DNA of 64,000 nt from Dictyostelium discoideum. Lineage: Eukaryota. This document shows positions 30,365 through 43,949 of the stretch, piece after piece. The notes below the pieces were generated by a model. The model was not told the DNA's origin and ran no database searches. It saw only the letters and a program-made list of their open reading frames with translations. The number at the start of each line of letters is the position of its first letter. The first letter of the stretch is position 1. The stretch is taken from NCBI GenBank assembly GCA_000004695.1, contig CM000153.2:4000001-4064000 (forward strand), written 5' to 3'. Position numbers and translations under genes: made by a program.

Positions 30365-30537
30365 GTCAACAATCATCACCCTCTTCATCAACTCCATCTT
30401 CACCAATTATTTCTGGTAATAATTTGGATGTTGAAAAACTTCAATCAATTTTTAATATTGCTCAACATCACATTTTTAATTTAATGGCAAGTGATTCTCT
30501 TGCAAAATATAAAAAAAAATCATTTTTAAATAAATAA
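28900..30537 (+). CDS. Ankyrin-repeat and RGS-domain protein; the RGS domain is interrupted by a ~160-aa Ser/Asn low-complexity insertion
   Basis: Single 545-codon ORF. ANK repeats: NGYTCLHHFL, NTPFHYFCQ, NGESPLHKAI, NGESPLHYCVRMGRADLVSILLQYGAD. RGS N-terminal helices DFRKFLREELICEENINFYTDVEAYKYL...KEFYRIYEKYIIDDSPCEINV, then poly-N from (AAT)n at 30280..30362, then RGS C-terminal helices LQSIFNIAQHHIFNLMASDSLAKYKKKSF. Confidence 0.75.
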
Positions 30538-31567
30538 TCTATGTTTTAATTTTTGTTTCTCTTTTTTTTTTTTTTTTTTTTGTTAAAGAAAAAAAAAAAA
30601 AAAAAAACACACATATATTTTAAAATAAAATCTTTTTTTTTTTTTTTTCCCTTTGTAATATTTCTTTAAAAAAAAAATAAAATAACAATAATATTGTAAA
30701 GTCCTGTAAAACTTGTGCAATATTGCAATTACAAAATAATTGACATATTTTGAAAATAATAATAATAGTAACAAATAATTTATTAATTTTTTTTAAAAAA
30801 AATTTATTTACAAATAATTCTTATAAAATAAATGTTTTGCCATCACAATATTATTAAAAAATTAAACCACTTTGTTGATCCCCTTAAATGGTATAATTAA
30901 AAAATTTTAGTATCGAAACCCAGGCAAATTGGCTCAAATATTTCGAAAGTGCAAAATTCACCATTCATTAAATTGTAAATTAAAAATCCAAATTTAAAAT
31001 CTAACAATGTGTAAATTAAATAATAAATTTTGATCAGGAATATAAATTATGTTTATAAATAAACATCAATTAATTTATTAATTTAATTAATAAAAAAATT
31101 GAAATAAGAAACAACCAACAGCATTTTCATTTTTTAAAAAAATAACTTTTATTTTATTATTTCAATAAAAAAAAAAAGTTTATATTTTTTTGTTTGATTT
31201 TATTTTTATTTTTATTTTTTATTTTTTATTTTTTTATTATTATTAATTTACTTTAAAAATATGATTAATTATTTATCTAGTTATTAATTTTTTTTTCCAT
31301 TTTTAAAATTAGTTTATTTGGCTTGAGAAAAATTAATTTTTTTTGATTACCTAAACATATTTTGTTGTGAAAATTTAATTTTTTGATTTGGTTGAGAAAA
31401 ATAAAATTGTTTTTTTTTTTTTTTTTTTTTTTTTTTTGGAACGAAAACGTTAACGAAAAAAAAAAACAATTTTTTTTTTTTCAAAATATTTGAAAACTTT
31501 TTTTATATACGAAAAATTTTCAACATTTTTTTTTTCCTTTTTCTTTTCTCCATCATACACACATACA

Positions 31568-32398
31568 ATGACTAGTGAAGTTGCATTATTTGGTAAATGG
31601 TGAGTCTCTGTCAAAATTGACACAGAATATATAGGTTGAATGTAGATTTTATCAAATATAATTCAAGTTATTTCAAAGATTGATACAACTGATGATAGAT
31701 TGGATTATAGAATGTTGATTATAGATATATGTTAGAAGAATAAACAGAAACTATGACAAATCAAACAATCCAACAACCTAAACAAAACAAAATAAATAAA
31801 AACAAATATTAATACTTAATTCTAAATAATAAAAATAAAATAATATAATATAAATAGGTCATACTCTGGCGTTACTTGTCCAGATATCTCCTTACAAGAT
31901 TACATCTGCGTTAAAAAGAATGTCTTCACTCCACATTCAGCAGGTAGATACAACAAAGTTAGATTCAGAAAGGCCCAATGCCCAATTGTTGAACGTCTTG
32001 CCAACAGTATGATGATGTTCGGTAGAAATGCTGGTAAAAAAGTCATGGCTGTCCGTATCATCGAACAAGCCTTCGAAATCATCTACCTCTTAACCGATAA
32101 GAACCCACTCCAAGTTTTAGTCGAAGCTGTCATGAACTCTGGTCCACGTGAAGATTCAACTCGTATTGGTTCAGCTGGTACTGTCAGACGTCAAGCTGTC
32201 GATGTTTCCCCAATGAGACGTGTCAACCACGCTGTTTACCTCTTAACCCAAGGTACTCGTGCTGCTGCTTTCAGAAACATCAGAACTGTTGCTGAATGTT
32301 TAGCTGATGAATTAATCAATGCCTCAAAAGGTTCACCAAATTCCTACTCAATCAAACAAAAGGATGCTTTAGAACGTACCGCCAAATCCCATCGTTAA
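31568..32398 (+). CDS. rps5: 40S ribosomal protein S5 (uS7)
   Basis: Exon 1 is 31568..31599 ([11 protein letters not shown], donor GTGAGT, phase 2). Exon 2 is 31858..32398 (acceptor AAATAG). Near-identical to human RPS5: [91 protein letters not shown]. Confidence 0.92.
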
Positions 32399-32913
32399 GC
32401 GATTCGAATATATTATATATTATTGTTTCTTTTTAAAACCCCACAAGAAATAAACTATATAAAAAAAAAGAAAATATAAATTAAAGTAAAATGTTTTTTT
32501 AAAAAGAATTAATATTTTAAAATGGTATTTTTAATTATTTAGATATTAATTCTTTTTTTTTGAAAAAAAAATTAATCTAAATAATAATTCATAAATTAAT
32601 TCCCTCAATTTTTTTTTATTTTTTTTATTTTAAATATTTAGATATTAAAATTTTAAACAAAACACACCCTGAAAATAAAAATCTAAATCTATTTTTGTTG
32701 ATATTTTAAAAATTTTTTTTTTTTTTTTTCCATTTTTAATTATTATTTATATAACTAAATTTTAACAAAATGCGAAAATAAAATTCTATATATGTTTCTG
32801 TTGTTATTTTGAAATAAATTTTATTTTGTTTTTTTATTTTTTTTTTCACTTTTTTTTTTTTTTTTCAATTTTATTTTTATTTTTCACTCACATTATTGAT
32901 AATATTAAACGAT

Positions 32914-33347
32914 ATGGATAAAGTAGCTATTGTTAAAATTGTTTTCTTTTTTTTATATATGGATTTAGAAGTTATTGTTGGAAATACTAATATATTTAAT
33001 ATATTATATAGGTTTTTAATGTTGGTAAATTAGTTGATTTTCAATGGAAATTGGGCGTTTCAATTGCTTCAAATCACTCTTCTCAATTAAATACACCATT
33101 CATTACAGTTTTTGTTAAAGTTTTAGATTCAAATAGTGAAGTAACATCACATTCTTTTGAATTAACTATACCAGAATTTAAGGTAAATGGATTATTATAA
33201 TATTTAAATTGTGTTATAAAGGTGTGTTTGTGTGTTTATTATTGTGCTAACAATTTCTTTTTTTTTTTTTTTTATCTTTTTAATTTCAATACAAAGAATT
33301 TTGCACAACAATTTAAAGATATGTCAAACATGATTGAAACCTTATAA
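32914..33347 (+). CDS. Small COMM-domain-like protein; 3' two exons are well supported, the 5' start exon is uncertain
   Basis: Exon 33012..33182 (acceptor TATATAG, VFNVGKLVDFQWKLGVSIASNHSSQLNTPFITVFVKVLDSNSEVTSHSFELTIPEFK, donor GTAAAT). Exon 33297..33347 (NFAQQFKDMSNMIETL*). Matches the COMM pattern (LxDFDWrl...P...l.l.......fEls.e.l). The putative exon 1 (ATG 32914, MDKVAIVKI) needs a non-canonical GTTTTC or GTAGCT donor. The true 5' end may lie elsewhere. Confidence 0.4.
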
Positions 33348-33737
33348 AAGAAAGGAAAGTTATTGTTATATTAGAAAAATAAAAAAAAAATAAAAAAAAA
33401 ATAAAAATAGAAATAATAGTGATATATAAATGAAATTAAAAAAATTACTCTAGGGTTGACAAAGGAGTTAATATGTTTCAATGAATAAAAAAATGGTAGA
33501 TGTGACAGTGGTTGAGTTTAATTTGGTTTTCTAATCTTTTAAAATAAATTTATTTCAAAAAAAAAAAAGTTTTTTTTTTTTTTTTAAACAAAAAACTTGT
33601 TCTTTTTTTTTTATTTTATTTGTTTTAGAAATATATTTAAGATATTATTAAAACACTCAGATGGTTTACCAAATAAAGGAGAATATCCGAGAAGTTTTTA
33701 ATTACTAAAATTAAAATTCCTTTTCAAATATTAAACC

Positions 33738-33768
<31 letters not shown>

Positions 33769-33907
33769 AAATTCTATAAATTAATTTCATTTTTTTTTTT
33801 ATCTTTAATTTTTTTATTTTTTAATTTTTTTATTTTTAGTTTATTATTTGAAAAGGAATTTTAAAATAATTTGAATGTTGATAAAATAAAAAGTTGAAAA
33901 AAAAAAA

Positions 33908-33946
<39 letters not shown>

Positions 33947-34364
33947 AATTATCAATTTTATTATTAAATAATATAGGAAAAAGAATTTATAAGTGATTAC
34001 TTTTAAAGAAAATGTAGTATCAATCTAATTGGTAGAGAAAGGAAAGATTTATCTATGCACTATATCATTTAGAAAAGTTTTTGTTCATATCAATACTATC
34101 ATATTCAAAGGAAAATAAAAAATGATTCTAATGTCAGAGAAAGGAAAGATTTATCTATGCTACGATATTACGAAAATAGATGACCATATATCATTCCCCC
34201 CTAAATTTTTCAATAAACCTAAAAAGAATTTTCAAATTAAATTATTTAATTAAAATTAAATAAAAAAAAAAAAAAAAAAAAACTTTTTTTTACAAATTAT
34301 AAAATATTACAAACTTTTTTTTTTTTTTTTTTTTTATTTTCAAATTAAAATCTATTTATTTATT

Positions 34365-36020
34365 TTAATATTTAAAAATTTGACCATACCAAGAGTTTAT
34401 AATTACATAGAGACCAGTTGTTCTCATTTGTTCAGAAGAACGATAATAGGTAGTATTGGAAAGTAAATCAGTGACAGGGATAGTTTCATTACCATTCATT
34501 GGTTCAGCATCATCCAAGATAATATTACCAGTACCTTGTTGGTCAGAGAAATTCAAAACACATAATCTACGTTCATTTTGGTATGTCCATTTGTAGGCAA
34601 CTAAATTCCAACTCTCTTGATCATTTGTGCAATTTAAATAAGTGAATTCACCATTCTTAAAGACTGGATCACTAACGATGGAGGTTAAAGTTTGATAGAA
34701 TGCCATTGCATCATCGATAGCTGGTTCAGATTGTTCACGTCTAAGATGGACGTCCAATTGGTTGGAATAACCTTGGAAATCACCCCACCAAAAGAAACGT
34801 AAACCAGGGAGTGTATAGGTGATGAGAGCGGCAGCATCAGATCTCCACCAACTACCAAAGAAATTTGCACCTCTTGGTTCATCATGATTTGAAATGAAGT
34901 GAGCAGAATGAGTTGTAAATTGTTTTGAATGACCAGAGATCCAAGCTCTGACAGCATTCATATCGCCACCATTTATGATATCATGTAACATTTTATCGTA
35001 GGTATAGTCGAAACCGACTTGTTGTAAATTCTCTTCGTATGGATGGTAAACTTCGGCCAAAAAGATAATATCTGGATACTCTTGTTTGACCATATCGATA
35101 GCAACAGTCCAAAATTCCTCAGTTGGTTGTTGGAAGCCCCATGATTGTAATTGATTTTCCCAATTTGAACCAAATAATGAATTCAATAATAGGTAAGCCA
35201 TATCACATCTAATTGCATCGGCGAATGAAGCTACGGTTAAAAGTTGTTGAATTCTTGCTTTGACACAATTTGAATTCCAATAGTTCAATTGAGCAGTATC
35301 ATACCATGAGCCACCCCAACCTGCACTACCATAGGCAATACCATTTGGAAGGTAAGTATTATTATCATATGGTGTTGGTGTACCTTGTGGTGCACGAATA
35401 TAATAGTCCATCTCTGTTGTGGTCCATTCTGCATCGACTGCAGTATGATTTGGTACAAAATCTAACATTAACAATAATCCAATGGCATTTAATTTCTTTC
35501 TTAATTCAATTAAATCTTGTTCTAACCCAATTTGTGGATTAACTGAATAGTTTGTAACTGCATATGGTGATCCAATAATATCGGCTTGTGTATATCCTGG
35601 TAAAACTTGTTCATAATGTTGTAATAATGGTCCGTTGGTTTGATCATAGTTTAATCCATATTCTCCTAATTCCCAAACTCCCATCATCCAAATCATATCA
35701 AATCCCATTGATTTAATTTTTTCAAATTCTTCAAATGGAATATCTTTTTTTTGAAAAAAAAATAAAAAAATTTATTAATATTTCTTTTTTAATAAAATGA
35801 ATAATTAAAAAAACTATATAAAATATATTTAATATATGTACATACCTGAAAGTGTATTAATTGGTGTATTATAAGTTATTGATAAATTATACATCCATGG
35901 TCTTGTTGAAACTTCATACATCATCATACCACCTGCTGGCACTGTTGATGATACTTTCTTTGTTACTAAACTTGTCATTGCAACGAGTGCAAAAATAAAA
36001 ATAATAAAATTAATTTTCAT
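34365..36020 (-). CDS. Secreted alpha-amylase (glycoside hydrolase family 13)
   Basis: Exon 1 is 35846..36020 (signal peptide MKINFIIFIFALVAMTSLV..., donor GTATGT, phase 1). Exon 2 is 34365..35743 (acceptor AAAAAG). GH13 motifs: GFDMIWMMGVWE, LLLMLDFVPNHTA (region I DxxxNH), RCDMAY (region II nucleophile Asp), FLAEVYH (region III Glu), FISNHDEPR (region IV). Confidence 0.8.
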
Positions 36021-36343
36021 TTTTTTTTTTTTTTTTTTAGTTCCTTATAAATAATGTGTACAAATAAAAAAAATATAAAAAAATTAAAAACTAAAAAAAA
36101 TAAAATAAAAAAAAAAAAATAAAAAAAACCTTCTCAACTGTGTACAGAATCAATCACTGTGAAAAAAAAAAAAAAAATAAAATAAAAATTTGGGATATTT
36201 TTTTATTAAAAAAAAAAATTTAAAATAATTAAAATTTCGTGTGAAATTTATGATTAAATGCCATTCCTATGCAATTTTATTTTATTTCGTTTTTTTTTTT
36301 TTTTTTTTTAATTTTTTATATTGAGGCAAATAATGGTTTTTTA

Positions 36344-36376
<33 letters not shown>

Positions 36377-36499
36377 CGTACAAATGTATGTATGTTTGTT
36401 TTATTTTTAGTAATGTATTTTTTTTTTTACAACTTTTTATTTTTTTTTTTTTTACAATTTTTTTTTTTTTTTTACAATTTATTTTTTTTTTTTTTTTTA

Positions 36500-36540
<41 letters not shown>

Positions 36541-36919
36541 AGTTATATAATTGAACATGTTCAATTTTTTTTTTTAATAACTTTTTTTTTTTTTCTCAAT
36601 CATTAAATAAAATTTTATTTTTAGAATTTAAATTTATTAAACCAATATTATATTATTATTTAGAAGGGAGGATGTCTCTGAATAACTATCATTTGGTATT
36701 TGTTGGAAATACACTATTTCAACAGCATGATTACTTAAATTATTAAATTTGATTGATCTTCTCTCTAATGATTTGTTTAAGTTTTTAAATAATCTAAATT
36801 GTGAGATTTGTTTCTAAATTATTTATATTTTTTATTATTTATTTTTTTTTTAAAAAAAAAAAAAAAGGTTGGAATATTAATATTAATGACATTGAAATAT
36901 TTAAAATAATGATAATAGA

Positions 36920-37141
36920 TCATACATATACAACGAATAAAATAAATATTAAAATGGTTGGACCAACGATGGCAGCCATAATAAGTGCTAAAAGTTGAGA
37001 GACTGATGGTGATCCAAATTTTGAAGATGGGTGAAGTATTCTTGCTCCATAACTACCAACAAATAAAATTACAATAATTGCTGAAGGTGATATAAGTATT
37101 TTCAAAATAACATCTAAAAAAGGTGGTGGATTATTATTCAT
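36920..37141 (-). CDS. TMEM258/Ost5-like small two-TM protein (oligosaccharyltransferase subunit family), 73 aa
   Basis: Two hydrophobic helices. The C-terminal half QLLALIMAAIVGPTILIFILFVVYV resembles human TMEM258 [27 protein letters not shown]. Size is close to the 79-aa human protein. The start ATG at 37141 overlaps the TGA of an upstream 58-codon ORF (see findings). Confidence 0.45.
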   Translation of the reverse strand: MNNNPPPFLDVILKILISPSAIIVILFVGSYGARILHPSSKFGSPSVSQLLALIMAAIVGPTILIFILFVVYV

Positions 37142-38587
37142 AAATTTAGTCTCCTTATTATATCAGAATATTCATTTTCAGTTAACACTCCTTCCATCTC
37201 ATTTGGATAAAAGGTTTTATAACTTTTGAAAACTGGTTTTCTATCCACATATTCTTCTTCATGATGAAGAAAATGTTTTTTTGGTTTAATTTTATTATTA
37301 TTTTCTAATTCCATTTTATCCTTTATCGTTAATTTTAATTATAAAATTGATTAGGAAAAAAAAAAAAAAAAAATTTTTTATATGGGTTTTCATTTTGAAA
37401 AAAAAAAAAAAAAAAAAAAAAAAACGATTTATTGGTGAGTTAAAGAGGCAAAGTGGGAAATTTTTTTTTTTTTTTTGGTTTCTTTGAGGTTTAAGTTTTA
37501 ATTTTTTTTTTTTTCCTTTATTTGTTTTTTTGTATTATTATTATTCTTTTGATATTCAAATAATAAAGAAAAAAAAAAAGAAAAAAAAAAACAATAATGT
37601 TGTTTGTTTTTTAAAAAATTGGGAATGTTAAAAAAAATCAGAGTTTTAAAAATTAATATTATTTTTTACATTTTCAATGTCATTTTTCTTTGATTATAGA
37701 TAATGTAAAACAAATTTTATATTTTATTTTATTTTTTTATTTTTTTTATTTTTTTAAAAATTTGATAAAAAAAGACAATAACATTTTATAACATCATATT
37801 TGTTTTTTGTTTTACTTAAAAATAGAACAAATTAAAAAAATCTCTTGGTTTTGTAAGGAAAAAAACACACAAAAAAAAAAAAATTATAAAATAATTATTT
37901 TTGGATATTGTGTTGTGTGTGTTTAGTGTGAGTGTGTGTGTGTTTTGAAAACATTAATGTGAACATAATAATAACCCTAACAATATATCTGTAAACTATC
38001 TTGTTTTATTTTGTTTTTTTTTTATTTTTTAATTATTTTTTTTATTATTTTTTTTTTTTTTGTGGTTAATATTATAAAATAAAAAAAAAAAATAAAAAAA
38101 TAAAGACAAGGAAAATATTTAACGAAAATACTTTCATAGGATAAATCGATCATCTAAATATATAATATCCTTTCAAACACTTTAAATTTTAAAATTAAAT
38201 AAAAACCTCATTTTTTTTTTTTTCCTCTCTATATTTTTTTTTTTTTTTTAATTATTTTTTTAAACAATTAAAATTAACAATAGATTCTATTTATTTTTAT
38301 TATAATTATTTTTATTTTTTTTCATTTTTTTATTTATTATTTAATTTATATATTTATATATTTTTTTTTTATATATAAATAAAAAAGTAGATAATCAAAT
38401 TTATACATATAAAACATATAAACACCCCCAATTTCAATTTTTTTTTTTTTCTATTATTAATTTATTTTCATATTATTTTCATATTTTTTTTATTGTTTTT
38501 TTTATAAATATAAAAAGAAATTAATAAAAAAAAAGGATATTTTTTTTAAAAATATAAAAAAAAAAAAAAAAAAAAATAATAATAATA

Positions 38588-39073
38588 ATGGAAAGTATTG
38601 GAACCGAACAAATTATAGAATATTTAAGAGATGAAGTTGTTTATAGAATTGGGCAAGAAAATTTTAATAATGGTTTAATACAGTTAGAATTTGTTGGTAA
38701 ATATTTAGTTAAATCAAAAGTTAATGAAAATTCAAAACATAGAGTAATGGTTGAGTTTAAAAGGGATGGATTAATAAAGAAATCGTTATGTACTTGTAAG
38801 GAATTTGAATTTACATCACCATGTCACCATGTAGCTGCAACTTGTTTCGAGTTAATTGATTTCATGAGAAATCATCCAAATAGATTCATAAGTAATAATA
38901 CCCTAATTCAAGAATATTCATTAACAAAATCAACCGAATTGGCAGATTTAGTAAAAGAAATTTTTATCGATAATCCAACATTACTATTCTCACCAAAAAA
39001 TTATTTTAATATTAATTTCAATAACTTTAATGGTATTGATGAAAGTAATAATAAAGTTTCAAAAAATTTATAA
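38588..39073 (+). CDS. SWIM-type zinc-finger protein (161 aa)
   Basis: Single ORF. CTCKEFEFTSPCHHVAATCF fits the SWIM CxCxnCxH signature. Confidence 0.55.
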   Translation: MESIGTEQIIEYLRDEVVYRIGQENFNNGLIQLEFVGKYLVKSKVNENSKHRVMVEFKRDGLIKKSLCTCKEFEFTSPCHHVAATCFELIDFMRNHPNRFISNNTLIQEYSLTKSTELADLVKEIFIDNPTLLFSPKNYFNINFNNFNGIDESNNKVSKNL

Positions 39074-39411
39074 TTTCATACTTAATATATATATTTATAA
39101 GAAAATCAAAAAAAGAAATATTCAATAATTATAAAAATTAAAATCACACACACACATATATATATACAACTGGTACAATAATAAATATTAAATAATATAT
39201 ATATATGTGTATATATATACAATAATGGAATTTCAAATTTAATTATATTTTAACCATTTTTGGAAATTTCCAAACAAACTAAAAATAGTTGGAAAATTTA
39301 AATTAAAATAAAAATAAAAAAAAAAAAAGATCGAGATTATTTATTTATTTTAAAAATTTAATTTATTTTATTTATTTTGTTTTTTTTATTTTTTTTTTTA
39401 ATCTTTTTAAA

Positions 39412-40360
39412 TTATTTTGGAGTTGAAACATCTTTTAATATACTTATAATTCCATTTGATTTTAAAGTTTCAAGTTCTTCTTCTTTTCTCACTAAAACAG
39501 CACCAGTAAAACCAACACTATTAATTGAAATTCCTTTTGATTGATAGGTACTACGAGGTACAATGAACATCCAATCCTTTGTCATTATAAAATTATAACT
39601 CTTTAATTTACACATATATTCTTTATCGGTTGAAACTAAATCATAATTTACAGGATTATTATCATTATCAGTATTTAATTCTAAATGATTTAATAATGAT
39701 TTATATTGTAATTCAAAATATTTTGAAAGATGATAATTATTATTACTACTATTATTATTTTCATTTTCATTTTCATTTTCATTTTCATTTTCAATAAATT
39801 CTAATTGTTCAAAAGATTTTAATTTTGATTGATCATAATATAATGCAGCAGTTTTAAATGGTAATTCATCAATTTGAAAAATTGATTCATTTGGTAAGTC
39901 TTTATATTTTAAAAATAAACTTTCAATTGGACATTTCAAATGTGGTTCATCATAATTGAATGGTGTTGTTAAAAGTTGTACATGTTTATGTGGTTGACTT
40001 GCCCCACTATTTGGTCCACAATTAAAAAAACATAACATATCACACTCTTTAATACATTTCCAACTAATAATTAATAATTAATAATAATGTTAGTGCACTA
40101 AAAATAAATAATAAAAATGAATATATAATAAATATTAAATATATACATTGCTTTAAAATCAAATTGATTTAGTGGATTTACTTGATTTTCAAAATTTTTA
40201 GTTGCAATAATTGAATGATGATTTGAAACATTATATTTATTTAACACTAAATTATGTCTATCAAACAATTGTTGTACGAATAAATCTTTATCACATGGTA
40301 AAAAGGGGTCTACAAATTTCTTTTTTATTGGTACTTCTGTTATAATTGTATTATTATTAC

Positions 40361-40433
<73 letters not shown>

Positions 40434-40767
40434 TTCATTGTTATTTATGATTTTGGTTTCTTCTATATTACTACTATTACAATTTATATTACCATCTGGT
40501 TTGGGAAAATTAAATGGTCTTTTTAAAAGTGATTTTGCAACACTAACCATAAACTATAGTTAATAAATTATATGTTAATTATTTTTATATTATTATTATT
40601 ATTTTTATTATTATTATTAGAGTGAGAGTATTACATACATTTATACCATTTTCATTCATAAATATAGGTGTTGATTCAATCTTTTCAATTGTTCCAATCT
40701 GAGTGGCTCTTTCTGAAACCTTTTTAATTTTATCAAAAAGTTGAAATGTGTTATTCGCGCTTCTCAT
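39412..40767 (-). CDS. ATP adenylyltransferase / Ap4A phosphorylase (yeast APA1/APA2 family), 3 exons
   Basis: Exon 40639..40767 (MRSANNTFQLFDKIKKV...NENGIN, donor GTATGT, phase 0). Exon 40148..40553 (acceptor CTATAG, contains poly-N from (ATT)n, HNLVLNKYNVSNHHSIIATKNFENQ, donor GTATAT, phase 2). Exon 39412..40063 (acceptor TTATTAG; ...CFFNCGPNSGASQPHKHVQLL... matches the APA GPxSGASQxHKHxQ nucleotidyl-transfer motif; ...MTKDWMFIVPRS). The first exon is supported by splice and frame compatibility only. Confidence 0.65.
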
Positions 40768-41449
40768 TTTTATGTGTATGTTTTGAAAATAAATTGAAAA
40801 AAAATAAAATAAAAAAAAAAAATAAAAAAAAATAAAAAAAAAAAAAAGTAAAAATTTTGTATAAACATTATTTGTTTTTTTTTTTTTTTTTCATAATCCT
40901 GTATAAAAAGAAAATTATTTTTTATTTCTCTCTTTCTGTTAATTCATTAATTTTTTTTTTTTTTTTACCCATTTTTATAAATATTTCTTTATGTGTTTAT
41001 TTTTTATTTATTTTTTCCATGTAATAAATAGGCTGCAAGATCCATCCATGGTTGGTTGATATCTTTGATAATCTACCAGAGGTTGAAATGCGCATTATGC
41101 TATGGCTATCCACGATGCAAACTATATCGTTTCAACCTCTGAATTCTCTAGCGGTGTACTAATCTCCAACTTTCTCTTGTTCAATTTTATCATAATTTCA
41201 CATTCTTCATTATTATCAAATACAACAACAACAACAACAACAACAACCACCACCACAAATACTAAGTCCACTTTGCATAGGTCGGGTTAAAGGTGTTGGA
41301 TTTTCAATTTTAAAATAATCATCATAGCTGAAATTGTGATTATCTTGATTATTAGATTCAAATATATTTAAAACTTACTGAATAATTTGTTTTGGTTTTA
41401 AATAAACAAATTATTAGTTTATGATTTTTTAAATGGTGTTATTATTTTA

Positions 41450-41484
<35 letters not shown>

Positions 41485-41535
41485 TTGGTCAATTATTATT
41501 TTTTATTATAATATATTATTCATAAATTAATATCC

Positions 41536-43038
<1,503 letters not shown>

Positions 43039-43529
43039 TATATGTTTATTTAATTATTATTATTATTATTATTGTTTTTTTTTTTTTTATTATTATTTTT
43101 TTTTTTAATTTGTATGGTTGTTTAAAAAATAAAAATAAAATTAAAAAAAAAAAACAAAAAAAAATAAAAAAAAAAAAAAAAAAAAAAAAAAATAAAATAA
43201 AAAAAAAAAAAAATAACACGGAGTGCCGTTGCGTGTGTAAATTAAAAATTTAAAAAAAAATAAATTAAAAAATGAAATTTAACCATTTGTTTTTAACCTT
43301 TTTTATTATTTTTTTTTTTTTTTTTTTTTTTCAAATTGTTGTGAAAAAAATAAAAAAAAAAAAAAAAAAAAAATCTTTTCTCCATACTAAAATTAGATTC
43401 CACTTAATTTAAATTCAAATCAATTCGCACTTTTTTTTTTTTTTTTACTTTTTAATCTGTTTGATGAAAATAAATTAACAAAACCATAAAAGTTTTTTTT
43501 TTTTTGGTTTTATTCCTTTTTTGAATTTT

Positions 43530-43570
<41 letters not shown>

Positions 43571-43596
43571 AATTTTAATTATTTTGTTAACCCATC

Positions 43597-43642
<46 letters not shown>

Positions 43643-43653
43643 ATCTTCTCGAA

Positions 43654-43684
<31 letters not shown>

Positions 43685-43878
43685 ATAAATTTTTCAATTA
43701 AATTATTAAAAAATAATTAATATATTTTAATAGTTTTTAATTTTTTTTTTATAAACTAATGGAATAAAAAAAAATTTTTTAAATATCTTTAAAACTAACC
43801 AACCACAATATATGTGCATTGTCCAAAAAAAAAAAAAAAAATCAAAACCAAAAATTTTGGACAACCCCATCACCTTTA

Positions 43879-43920
<42 letters not shown>

Positions 43921-43949
43921 CGGGTGTTGGGAAATATTAAATTTGTTTA

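Noticed and set aside
36269-36606. Poly-Phe/Lys ORFs in long T/A homopolymer regions (36269..36606; also 58633..59479, 27709..28241, 42277..42575, 18748..19331)
   Set aside because: Translations of T-runs or (ATT)n; no complexity, no splice or start context; intergenic or intronic low-complexity DNA.
37120-37150. AAGGAG 8 nt upstream of the ATG of the TMEM258-like ORF (Shine-Dalgarno look-alike)
   Set aside because: This is eukaryotic nuclear DNA (spliceosomal introns, poly-N proteins). The resemblance to a bacterial RBS is coincidental.
41102-41290. 62-aa plus-strand ORF across the GC-rich island (MAIHDANYIVSTSEF...TTTTTTTTTTTT)
   Set aside because: Ends in a poly-Thr from an ACA repeat, has no splice context and a poor start context. 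The region is better explained as non-coding (the inverted repeat).
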